A stretch of DNA of 64,000 nucleotides from the IMG/VR virus record IMGVR_UViG_3300031991_000112. One strand, 5' to 3'. How positions within the stretch are numbered: the first letter of the stretch is position 1; each line of letters begins with the position of its first letter. The stretch is from a virus. The notes under the pieces were generated by a model that worked only from the letters and a program-made list of their open reading frames with translations, had not been told where the DNA came from and made no database searches. Of this stretch, positions 54,714 to 63,079 are shown one piece after another. The position numbers and the translations under genes were made by a program.

Positions 54714-54760
54714 TGGTTAAGTCGTGGCAATAACACTTTTGGTCAAGAGGAGAACAGAAC

Positions 54761-55555
54761 ATGATCCGTTATTTGCGAGCACTTTGGTACTTTTGTACCG
54801 GACGATTTTCTGCCGCTGCTGAAGCACTGGCAAGCAATGAGTATGTGATGGCGGCGACCTATGATGCTGCTATCGAAAAGTCGGGTAACCGATACCAAAC
54901 GGTTCGCAACGCTGTCGCCAAGTTGGTTGGCATCGAGCAAGAGAGGGTTGCGAAGATCAAGCTGTTGACCGAGAAGTTCGAGAAGCTCGAAAAGGTCAAA
55001 CAAGGTGCGGCTGGCAAGGCGAAAATTCTCGCCCAACAGCTTCAGGCACAAGGACAGACCATCGAGCAAATCAAGTCCAATCCTGAATATCTGAAGCACA
55101 TGGCTGCGTTCCAAAACGCTGCGACTTCGGCAAAAGATGCTGAGACTGAAATTCAGCAGATCGAAGCCGAGTTGGATAACCAGCGTAAGCAGATCGCTCA
55201 GTACAAGATTCAGCTTCAGAACATGCAGCGTTCTCAAAAAGACCTGCAAGAAGAGAAGAATGCTGCTATCGCTGATGTTGCAGTCGCCAAGGAAATGCAA
55301 GCGGTCAATGATGTCCTCAACGGTGTCGCCACCGACACGACGGACAAAGACCTTGATGCTGCACGCAAAGCTCGTCAGCACGCCAAAGCAAGTGCTCAGA
55401 TCACGGCTGAATTGGCTGGCAACGATGCTCAGCTTGCGGAAGACGAGTATCTTCACTTCGCCGCTGACAACGATGCGTCCAGCGAGTTTGACGCCCTGAT
55501 CGGTCTCACCGAAGAGCCGAGCGGCAACTTCGATCCTGCCAAGTTGCCCGAATAA
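54761..55555 (+). CDS. pspA: PspA/IM30 family coiled-coil protein
   Basis: Amphipathic N-terminal helix, long heptad coiled-coil, C-terminal ...SEFDALIG pattern; ~260 aa. Confidence 0.7.
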   Translation: MIRYLRALWYFCTGRFSAAAEALASNEYVMAATYDAAIEKSGNRYQTVRNAVAKLVGIEQERVAKIKLLTEKFEKLEKVKQGAAGKAKILAQQLQAQGQTIEQIKSNPEYLKHMAAFQNAATSAKDAETEIQQIEAELDNQRKQIAQYKIQLQNMQRSQKDLQEEKNAAIADVAVAKEMQAVNDVLNGVATDTTDKDLDAARKARQHAKASAQITAELAGNDAQLAEDEYLHFAADNDASSEFDALIGLTEEPSGNFDPAKLPE

Positions 55556-55566
55556 CCAAAATTGTA

Positions 55567-55604
55567 AAGATAGCCCGTTGCTCTCTTGTAGCGGGCTGTC
55601 TTTT
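55567..55604 (+). terminator. Intrinsic terminator
   Basis: AAGATAGCCCGTTGC/GTAGCGGGCTGTCTT stem (with G-U pairs) plus T-tract. Confidence 0.65.
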
Positions 55605-55649
55605 CTTGTAGAGTTTGACATTCCCTGTCCTGTGTTAAGGAGAAGAACC

Positions 55650-56729
55650 ATGAAGTGTCTGATGTCCCTGAGTTTGTGTCTTGCGTTGTTTGTCGGTTGT
55701 AGTTCCGATAAGCCGGGTGAGGATGGTGCTGTGAAGGCACCGGCTTCAACCCCTGTTTTCTCGCTCACTTGGAGTGAGTACCCGTCTTGGTCGGTCTTCG
55801 GTGTCGCCAATGAGTTGGGCATCCTGAACGGCGAAGAAGGTCAGATGTCTGAGTTGGAACAGAAGTACGGCGTCGATGTCGTGTTGAAGGAAGCTGACTA
55901 CGATACCTGTATCCAGTATTACGGCACCGGCACGGTCGATGCCGCTTGCTTGACGAACATGGATACTTTGTCGCCTTCCCTCGGACGCCCGGCTCGTGGA
56001 ATTTTGCCGACTTCGACTTCTGCTGGTGCTGACGCCGTTCTGTCGGTGGAAGGTGCCACTCTAGTCGATCTGAAGGGCAAGAAGGTTTACGGTCTCGACA
56101 AGTCCGTGTCTGAATACCTGTTTGTGCGAGCGATTGAAGAAGCGGGTCTGAATCCTGCTGATTTCGAGTTCGTCGGTATGGACCCGTTCGCCGCTTCTCA
56201 GGCTTTGCAGACTGACAGCCCGAACGTCAAGTCGATCTGTGTCTGGAATCCGTTCAAGATGTCCACGTTGGACAAGCGAGCCGAAGCCGTTCTGGTTGTT
56301 GACTCCAAGGTGATCCCCGGCGAAATCGTTGACATGGTTGTGGTCGGCGAAGACAGCATGGCAAAAGAAGGTTCTGCCGAGTTCTGTGCCTGTATCTGTG
56401 AAGCCTACTACAAAGTTTGTCAACTGCTGAACGATCCGGCTACTCGTGACAAGACGCTCGTCGCTCTCGGTGCCAAGTTTTCAGACTTGAACGCTGAACA
56501 GATGGCGGTTTGCACGACGGAGACTGCGTTCTACGATACGCCTGATAAGGGTATCGCCTTGTTTGACGGCACCAATACTGATGGTTCCAAGTTGACCGAC
56601 ACGATGGTGCGTGTTGTGAAGTTCTGCGTCGATAAGCAGATTTGCGACAGCGAACCAACCGTCACTTTTGGCGGCAAGACTGATGGTGAATTCAACTTCG
56701 ATTCATCCTTCATGAAACAAGTCAAGTAA
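55650..56729 (+). CDS. ABC transporter substrate-binding lipoprotein (NitT/TauT, putative urea-type)
   Basis: Lipobox LFVG-C; WSEYPSW, TNMDTL, TSAGADAV, GLDKSVSEY, VWNPF, IPGEIVDMVV. Confidence 0.85.
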   Translation: MKCLMSLSLCLALFVGCSSDKPGEDGAVKAPASTPVFSLTWSEYPSWSVFGVANELGILNGEEGQMSELEQKYGVDVVLKEADYDTCIQYYGTGTVDAACLTNMDTLSPSLGRPARGILPTSTSAGADAVLSVEGATLVDLKGKKVYGLDKSVSEYLFVRAIEEAGLNPADFEFVGMDPFAASQALQTDSPNVKSICVWNPFKMSTLDKRAEAVLVVDSKVIPGEIVDMVVVGEDSMAKEGSAEFCACICEAYYKVCQLLNDPATRDKTLVALGAKFSDLNAEQMAVCTTETAFYDTPDKGIALFDGTNTDGSKLTDTMVRVVKFCVDKQICDSEPTVTFGGKTDGEFNFDSSFMKQVK

Positions 56730-56753
56730 TCCCGAAAAGGTTGCTGTGTCTTG

Positions 56754-56789
56754 AAAACCTCGTTGGAATCACTTCCAACGAGGTTTTTT
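56754..56789 (+). terminator. Intrinsic terminator
   Basis: AAAACCTCGTTGGAA-tcac-TTCCAACGAGGTTTTTT. Confidence 0.85.
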
Positions 56790-56791
56790 CT

Positions 56792-56819
56792 TTTATAAAC
56801 TTCCCATTCTTCGTATAAT
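56792..56819 (+). promoter_or_regulatory. Conserved promoter, same class
   Basis: TTTATA-aacttcccattc-TTCG-TATAAT. Confidence 0.65.
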
Positions 56820-56867
56820 CACCAAGGTGGTTTGTCAACTTTGGCATCAAGACTGAGAGGTTCTGAA

Positions 56868-57491
56868 ATGTATATCTTTGTGATTGACACTGACCAGTAT
56901 GCCGGTAATTTCGAGCGAGAGATGACCGCCTACATGACTGGTCAGTATGGTGATTGCGGTGTGGGTGCAGAACTCATTTCTGAGATTGAGTCGGCTGGTC
57001 TTTCCGCTGATTATTTCGAGGATTTGATTGACACCAGACCTGATGAGCACGGGTGTTATCGCCCTTGTAAGATTTGGCAAACTCCGGGTTGGTTCAATGA
57101 TGGTCTTGGTGGACACTTCCGTGAAGGTGATGAAGAGATCGCCAAGAAGCGTCATCGGGCAGAATGTCTCAAGAAGGCAAACGATCCAGTTGGCGTACAT
57201 CCCAACGACGTTGAACGTAACAAGAAGCGATGGCTGGAAGCGGCAGATGAGTTCAAAAAATACCCGGCGTACAACTCCGTGGCTATCTTCATGACTCGTG
57301 AGCCGACTGAAGAAGAAGTTCGTGTTCTCAAGCAGCGTGCTCACGATTGGACCAATTACGTTCAAACCAAGCAGGCGTGCTCAGCAGAATCGCCCGGCAC
57401 ATATTGCTTCTTGAAGTACGGAAACATTGAAGGGTTCCGTTTGATTCGAGAAGAAACCACACAAGAACAAGTCAAGAAATGGGAGTTGTGA
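56868..57491 (+). CDS. Phage-type hypothetical protein inserted in the ABC operon
   Basis: GAGAGG RBS; FVIDTDQYAGNFEREMTAY pattern. Confidence 0.7.
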   Translation: MYIFVIDTDQYAGNFEREMTAYMTGQYGDCGVGAELISEIESAGLSADYFEDLIDTRPDEHGCYRPCKIWQTPGWFNDGLGGHFREGDEEIAKKRHRAECLKKANDPVGVHPNDVERNKKRWLEAADEFKKYPAYNSVAIFMTREPTEEEVRVLKQRAHDWTNYVQTKQACSAESPGTYCFLKYGNIEGFRLIREETTQEQVKKWEL

Positions 57492-57492
57492 T

Positions 57493-58302
57493 ATGATTCG
57501 TCAAGAACTCGAATACAAGTGGCAGTTGGTTCTTGGTTGTGTTTCTTTGGCAGTGCTTGCGTTTGCTTACCAATGCCTGTCTTGGAACCGTCGTGCCGAG
57601 AACCCCAAAGATACGACCATGCCCGGATTGGTTGAAATCTTCACCGAAGGTACTTACAAAGTTTGTACCCCTGATGCATTTGACCATATCTGGATTGTCG
57701 AGGATTCCATTGCAACTTTTGGAAGACTCGCTGTTGGAATGGGAACCGGTGTGTTCTTCGCTTTTATCATCGGTGTATCAATGGGTTGTTTCTCGTATGT
57801 CGAGAGTGTCTTCCGATGGCCAGTTGTTTTCTTTGGTCAAATCCCACCAACTGCTATGCTCGCAGTTTATCTTGTTGTGTACACACTTACCGAGTTGCCA
57901 GTCGTCCCAATGATGGTGTGTTTTGGTATTTTACCAACACTCACCTTGACCATCTACAACTCAGTCAAGAATGACGTTCACGACGAGTCGGTTTACAAAG
58001 CTTACACTCTTGGTGCATCTAACGCCGAAGTGATCTGGAATGTTGTTGTCCAGCAGATTCTTCCACGTGTTCTTGACGCCATCCGTATCTGTATCGGACC
58101 AGCTTTGGTGTATCTCATCGCCGGGGAATGGGCGAATGAGCATGTCGGTTTCGGTTATCGGCTGAAACTTCAAGGACGTATGACGCACATGGCTGTTGTT
58201 TATAACTATCTTGTGTTTCTTGCACTTGCTGGTTATGGCATGAGTTGGGTTGTGCTTCGATTTCGACAATTCGTATCCCCGTGGTATGGGAATGGCAAAT
58301 AA
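57493..58302 (+). CDS. ABC transporter permease (NitT/TauT family)
   Basis: Multiple TMs; QIPPTAML; EAA-like AYTLGASNAEVIWNVV..QILP; GFGY. Confidence 0.88.
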   Translation: MIRQELEYKWQLVLGCVSLAVLAFAYQCLSWNRRAENPKDTTMPGLVEIFTEGTYKVCTPDAFDHIWIVEDSIATFGRLAVGMGTGVFFAFIIGVSMGCFSYVESVFRWPVVFFGQIPPTAMLAVYLVVYTLTELPVVPMMVCFGILPTLTLTIYNSVKNDVHDESVYKAYTLGASNAEVIWNVVVQQILPRVLDAIRICIGPALVYLIAGEWANEHVGFGYRLKLQGRMTHMAVVYNYLVFLALAGYGMSWVVLRFRQFVSPWYGNGK

Positions 58303-58313
58303 TGGAGACAAAA

Positions 58314-59270
58314 ATGAAAGACATTGTACTCGACATTCAAAAGTTGTCACATTGGTTCCCGAACACACACCTTCAATACGACGCTGGCACGAAGCGAGTG
58401 CTACACAACGTCGATTTGAAGATTCTGCGTGGGCAATTCACCGCTCTTGTTGGACCTTCGGGTTGTGGTAAATCCACTTTGTTCCGTGCAATCCTCGGAA
58501 CACACCCACCGTGTTCGGGTGCCGTTGTGATTAACGGCAAGAAGGTTGTATCACCGAACCGGAATGTCGGTATCGTCTATCAGAACTACAGTCTTTACGA
58601 CTTTCTTACAGCCGAAAAGAATGTGGCTTTTGGACCTATGCTCGATCAGACCAACTTGCTTCATCGTGCCTTTATGCCTTGGTACTGGTGGCCACTTCGC
58701 AAGAAGCATCTTGCCGAAGCAAAAGAGTGGTTGGTGCGTCTTGACCTCGAACGAGCCATTGGCTTATATCCACGTGAACTCTCAGGTGGTATGCGTCAGC
58801 GTGTTGCTATCGCTCAAGCGTTGGTCATTAAACCAAGCATCATTTTGCTCGACGAACCTTTTGGTGCTTTGGATGAAAGCACCCGTGAAGATTTGCAAAT
58901 GATGCTTTTGCGTCTCTATCAAGAGAACTTACAAGCCAAGGCAAATGGCGAAGAACCACCTTATACTGTTGTGATGGTGACGCACGAACTCAACGAGGCG
59001 TTTTACATCGCTGATCGTGTTGTTGGTTTGTCACAGTATTGGAAAGAGGACCATGCTAAGGTTGGCGAAGATGGATTGCACTATGGTGCAACTATTTGCT
59101 ATGATAAGCCCTGTCCAATCTTCCACCCAGACGAACCAAGAGATTTCAGTCGCTTTGCGGACCAAAAGGAAGAACTGAGAGAGGCTGTCTTTTCTCAAAA
59201 GTTGGTTGTTCCAACTGTCAATCGGACTTACTGGAACGACCGTGAAAACTCAGTGGAGGTACGTGTCTAA
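58314..59270 (+). CDS. ABC transporter ATP-binding subunit (NitT/TauT family)
   Basis: GPSGCGKST, VYQNYSL, LSGGMRQRVAIAQAL, LLDEPFGALD, VTH. Confidence 0.92.
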   Translation: MKDIVLDIQKLSHWFPNTHLQYDAGTKRVLHNVDLKILRGQFTALVGPSGCGKSTLFRAILGTHPPCSGAVVINGKKVVSPNRNVGIVYQNYSLYDFLTAEKNVAFGPMLDQTNLLHRAFMPWYWWPLRKKHLAEAKEWLVRLDLERAIGLYPRELSGGMRQRVAIAQALVIKPSIILLDEPFGALDESTREDLQMMLLRLYQENLQAKANGEEPPYTVVMVTHELNEAFYIADRVVGLSQYWKEDHAKVGEDGLHYGATICYDKPCPIFHPDEPRDFSRFADQKEELREAVFSQKLVVPTVNRTYWNDRENSVEVRV

Positions 59271-59704
59271 TGTTTGAATTCCATGAGGGTACTTACGACG
59301 AACTTTACCACGCTCTCGGTCTGATGGGGGCGGAAGCACGTAAGAAGAAAATTCAAGTGCTTCCTCACAATCCGAACGGCGACCTTCCGACTGGAACAAT
59401 GCCGGTTTACGCCGTTGGTACGGTTCAGGAACTCTGTGATCCAAATGTTGGAATTCGCTCTTGTTATGATGGTGAAAACCATCTCGACGATATTGTGTTG
59501 ATCGCCGATGATTATCCTTTCGCAGAAGATGGGGCGATTGGCTATGATCTCTTGACGAGCGAGCCATGTTATGGCAAAAATCAACGCCATTTTACCGCCG
59601 AAGAACTGAATTTCTTGTTCACTCTTGTTCACTCTTGGTTTTACGGCGAAGGACGGCGAAGGACGACGATACACTTGTTGGAAACTTCGCCGTCACTCAG
59701 ATGA
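59270..59704 (+). CDS. Hypothetical protein
   Basis: TAATG coupling to the ABC ATPase. Confidence 0.65.
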   Translation: MFEFHEGTYDELYHALGLMGAEARKKKIQVLPHNPNGDLPTGTMPVYAVGTVQELCDPNVGIRSCYDGENHLDDIVLIADDYPFAEDGAIGYDLLTSEPCYGKNQRHFTAEELNFLFTLVHSWFYGEGRRRTTIHLLETSPSLR

Positions 59705-59826
59705 GTGTGGTGATTCAGGACGGTTCGATTATTCTCACCGTCAAGGGTTTGGAAGAAGCGAAGGTCTACGAGTACAAGATGTTCTACAAGTTCATTCACC
59801 ACGTACTCTCACTCATTGAAGGATAA
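59701..59826 (+). CDS. Small hypothetical protein (41 aa)
   Basis: ATGA overlap with the upstream stop; fills the gap to the next gene. Confidence 0.45.
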   Translation: MSVVIQDGSIILTVKGLEEAKVYEYKMFYKFIHHVLSLIEG

Positions 59827-59829
59827 ACC

Positions 59830-60768
59830 ATGTCAGCCGAAATTGTGTTAATCATGGGGTATAACGCTGCTGGAAAGACAACCTTGACGCAAGGTTTTGT
59901 CCAACAGGGTTATACTCGGATCAATCGAGACGAGCTTGGTGGTAAGTTGAAAGACTTGCATGAACACGCCGAGAAAGCAATTTCGGAAGGCAAAGATCGT
60001 CTTGTTCTCGACAACACTTATCGCAATCGGGAGTCACGAAAATCTATTATCCAAGTCGCAAAAAAACATGGCATCCCTATTCGTTGCATCCATCTTAACA
60101 CGTCGTTTGAGGACGCTCAGTTCAATGCTTGTCAACGAATGGTGCGTGATACCGGCAAGCTACTGATGCCCGATGATCTCAAGTTGACCAAGAACCCGAA
60201 TCACTTTCCACCTGCCGCTCTTTTCGGGTATCGAAAAGAGTTTGAGAAACCGACTTCGGGAGAAGGGTTCAGTAAAATCGAGGTTGTTCCTTTTGTTCGG
60301 AAGCCAAATGGATACACGAACAAGGCTTTGATTTTGGACTATGATGGCAACCTGCGTGACTCTACTGGCTCCAAAGACTATCCAGTCAAGCCAAGTGAAG
60401 TTGTGTTGCTGCTGGGTCGAACTGAGAAGATTCAAGAGTATGTCGATCAAGGTTACATGCTGCTTGGGGTCTCGAATCAGAGTGGCGTTGCAAAAGGTGT
60501 ACTAACACACCAAGACGCTATCGACTGTTTTGAGAAGACCAACGAATTGCTGGGTCACCAGATCGAGTACCATTTTTGTCCTCACTCAGTTCCGCCAGTC
60601 AAGTGCTATTGCCGGAAGCCTCACCCCGGCATCGGTGTTTACTTGATCGAGAAACACAAACTCGATCCGAGTCAAACACTCTTTGTAGGTGATCAGACCA
60701 CCGACAAAACTTTTGCCGAACGGTGTGGTTTCCAGTTCTTTCACACAAATGATTTCTTTGGAGTTTAG
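59830..60768 (+). CDS. P-loop kinase fused to a HAD-IIIA phosphatase (PNKP-like kinase plus GmhB/HisB-like phosphatase)
   Basis: GYNAAGKTT, RINRD, VLDNT; LDYDGNL, VSNQSG, CPH...CYCRKP, FVGDQTTD. Confidence 0.82.
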   Translation: MSAEIVLIMGYNAAGKTTLTQGFVQQGYTRINRDELGGKLKDLHEHAEKAISEGKDRLVLDNTYRNRESRKSIIQVAKKHGIPIRCIHLNTSFEDAQFNACQRMVRDTGKLLMPDDLKLTKNPNHFPPAALFGYRKEFEKPTSGEGFSKIEVVPFVRKPNGYTNKALILDYDGNLRDSTGSKDYPVKPSEVVLLLGRTEKIQEYVDQGYMLLGVSNQSGVAKGVLTHQDAIDCFEKTNELLGHQIEYHFCPHSVPPVKCYCRKPHPGIGVYLIEKHKLDPSQTLFVGDQTTDKTFAERCGFQFFHTNDFFGV

Positions 60769-60770
60769 TC

Positions 60771-61304
60771 ATGGGATCACACATCGGTCATTCAAGGTTG
60801 GTTTACGGGTTTCAAGTTGGTGTTGAGGTTGAATTGGTTGATCGTAACTTCAGTCGATTCGACCCCAAGACCGGACAACCAATGAACGTCTCGTCCAAGA
60901 CGTTTGTTTCTAGTCTTGTCCTGAAAGATCAGTCTCGCACAATTTCTTTGCCCGATGAAACCGACACTTACGAAGAGTCTCATCAGAGTCGTGGCGGTTA
61001 TCCGATCCTGAGTCCTGCCTTTAACGATTGGGTTAAAACACGCCTGAGTCAGAAGATTTATGACTTCTTCAAGGCGGCTGGTCTTGAGGAAGATGGAGTC
61101 AAAAAGGACTTGTACTACTGGCGTGAGTCGTACTACCAGATGTCGGGGTCAAGTCTCGCTGTGGGTGTTGAGATCATTTCAGGACACGGCGAGAATGCCC
61201 GTCTTGTTGTGGTTTCCCCCGATTTGATCGAAGCCGCCAAAGAAGTCTTCTATGAGAAGATTGGACCATTGAGCTATTTGGTGTTCAGCCTCAGCCTAAC
61301 CTGA
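60771..61304 (+). CDS. Hypothetical protein
   Basis: 177-aa ORF with GGAG RBS. Confidence 0.65.
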   Translation: MGSHIGHSRLVYGFQVGVEVELVDRNFSRFDPKTGQPMNVSSKTFVSSLVLKDQSRTISLPDETDTYEESHQSRGGYPILSPAFNDWVKTRLSQKIYDFFKAAGLEEDGVKKDLYYWRESYYQMSGSSLAVGVEIISGHGENARLVVVSPDLIEAAKEVFYEKIGPLSYLVFSLSLT

Positions 61305-61333
61305 TTCTGTTGACTGCTTAAGGAGTTCGGTAA

Positions 61334-63004
61334 ATGTCAAATCATCGTTTTGTGCGGGAAATTTCTCGACTCATCAATACCGGACAGTCACGTTCTATCG
61401 TGCTGTCCGGTAATATCGACGACTTGTTTTTCGATGGCACGAGCTATGTGCCGTTGGTAGATTTCCTGTCAAAACGATACATGGTCAAAAAGCAAGAGGG
61501 TTCTCGTGGCATCGTACAAGTTTTGTACGAAGTCAATAAGAAGATCACCATTGTTGGTGAAGGTGCCCCTGCGTTGCGTTTGGCTTGGAAATCACTCAAG
61601 CCAAAAGACGATTTGGACGATTTGCTTGAAAAGTCCTTTGCAAATCCAACACTTGCAATGGAAGTTCTGCGACAACTCACGGTTGCTTCTCGTGAGTACA
61701 TGAAGAACAACTATGATCTTCTTTTGATCATTGAACGTGCTGATCTCATGTTGCCGCAAGCAGAGATTTCTCGCATGAACTATGCTGACCGCAAGCGTTG
61801 TGCAATTGTTCATGACTGGTTCAGCGATCCAGAGTTTTGCAATTCAACCGACTCGGTTGTATTGATCTCTGAGTCACGTAGTAACTTACACGAACTTGTG
61901 TCAAAGTTACCACAAGTTCTGGAAGTAGAAATCCCCTATCCAGATACCGAAACACGCAAGGCTTTTATCGAATTTCAAAAGCCTAGTGTACTTAGTACAC
62001 ATCCAAATCTTCCTGTACAAACCGCTGGTCTTTCTATTCACGCACTTCGCCAGTTGTTGTGTGAAGATGACATCGACAAAGATGCTGTCAACAACAAGGT
62101 TGAGGAATACATCTGTGCTCAACTTGGTGAAGATGTTGTGGAGTTCAAGCGACCCGAACATCGAATGGAAGATGTTGTTGGCTTTCAACAGATCAAGGGA
62201 TTTATCGCCAACGAGATGGTTCCTCGTTTTATGGCTGATGATGAGTCTTCGTTAGTTGGGGCGGCTGTTGCTGGACCTATCGGTGGTGGTAAGACCTTTA
62301 TCATGGAAGCTCTTGCTGCCGAACTTCACATGCCGGTTTTGGTCCTCAAGAATCTTCGTAGTCAATGGTACGGTCAAACAGATGTGATCTTTGAACGTTT
62401 GAAGCGTACTCTGACCGCCTTAGACAAGGTGATGATCTTTATTGATGAAGCCGATACTCAGTTTGGCGGCGTCGATAGTAATGCTCATGAGACAGAGCGA
62501 AGACTGACTGGCAAGATTCAGGCTATGATGTCTGATGTCAAGTTGCGTGGCAAGGTGATCTGGTTGTTGATGACCGCTCGTATTGAGATGTTGTCCCCAG
62601 ATATTCGACGCCCCGGTCGTGCCGGTGATTTAATCATCCCGATTCTCGACCCAGAAGGCGAAGATCGTACTGCCTTTTTGAAGTGGGTTCTCAAGTCTGT
62701 GGACACAAATCCTACTGAAGAAACTATTCAGTTGATTGGTGTTCACACTGAGGGTTATTCAGCCGCTTCCTTTGCAGCACTTCGCTCCATGATTAAAGCG
62801 AAGAAATGCAAAGGCATCGACGAGGTAATTGAGGTAGCTGAGGAAATTATTCCTAGTGACATCGAGTCCACTCGTCGTTACCAAACCCTCCAAGCTTTGC
62901 TAAATTGTACACGCAAGTCGCTTCTTCCCTTAGAGACTAACAAGTCTGTCAAGGAACAAAGAGAAGCTTGGCGTCAAGAGCTTGCAGAGTTGGAACGCAT
63001 CTAG
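61334..63004 (+). CDS. AAA+ ATPase (degenerate N-terminal AAA plus active C-terminal AAA)
   Basis: GPIGGGKT, IFIDEAD, LLMTAR, RRPGR; N-terminal module lacks a canonical Walker A. Confidence 0.85.
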   Translation: MSNHRFVREISRLINTGQSRSIVLSGNIDDLFFDGTSYVPLVDFLSKRYMVKKQEGSRGIVQVLYEVNKKITIVGEGAPALRLAWKSLKPKDDLDDLLEKSFANPTLAMEVLRQLTVASREYMKNNYDLLLIIERADLMLPQAEISRMNYADRKRCAIVHDWFSDPEFCNSTDSVVLISESRSNLHELVSKLPQVLEVEIPYPDTETRKAFIEFQKPSVLSTHPNLPVQTAGLSIHALRQLLCEDDIDKDAVNNKVEEYICAQLGEDVVEFKRPEHRMEDVVGFQQIKGFIANEMVPRFMADDESSLVGAAVAGPIGGGKTFIMEALAAELHMPVLVLKNLRSQWYGQTDVIFERLKRTLTALDKVMIFIDEADTQFGGVDSNAHETERRLTGKIQAMMSDVKLRGKVIWLLMTARIEMLSPDIRRPGRAGDLIIPILDPEGEDRTAFLKWVLKSVDTNPTEETIQLIGVHTEGYSAASFAALRSMIKAKKCKGIDEVIEVAEEIIPSDIESTRRYQTLQALLNCTRKSLLPLETNKSVKEQREAWRQELAELERI

Positions 63005-63079
63005 TATATTGTGGAAATCACTGACCTCCTGAGACCGCTGTTACTCAGTGCCCACAACACTTCCCCGATAGGTGACGAG

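Noticed and set aside
54743-55822. 359-aa antisense ORF
   Set aside because: Shadow of pspA and the SBP gene; L/F/V-rich composition typical of reverse-complement frames.
59270-59704. Possible ubiquitin-conjugating E2-like fold (DDYPF)
   Set aside because: Only three residues match; the HPN and catalytic Cys context is absent.
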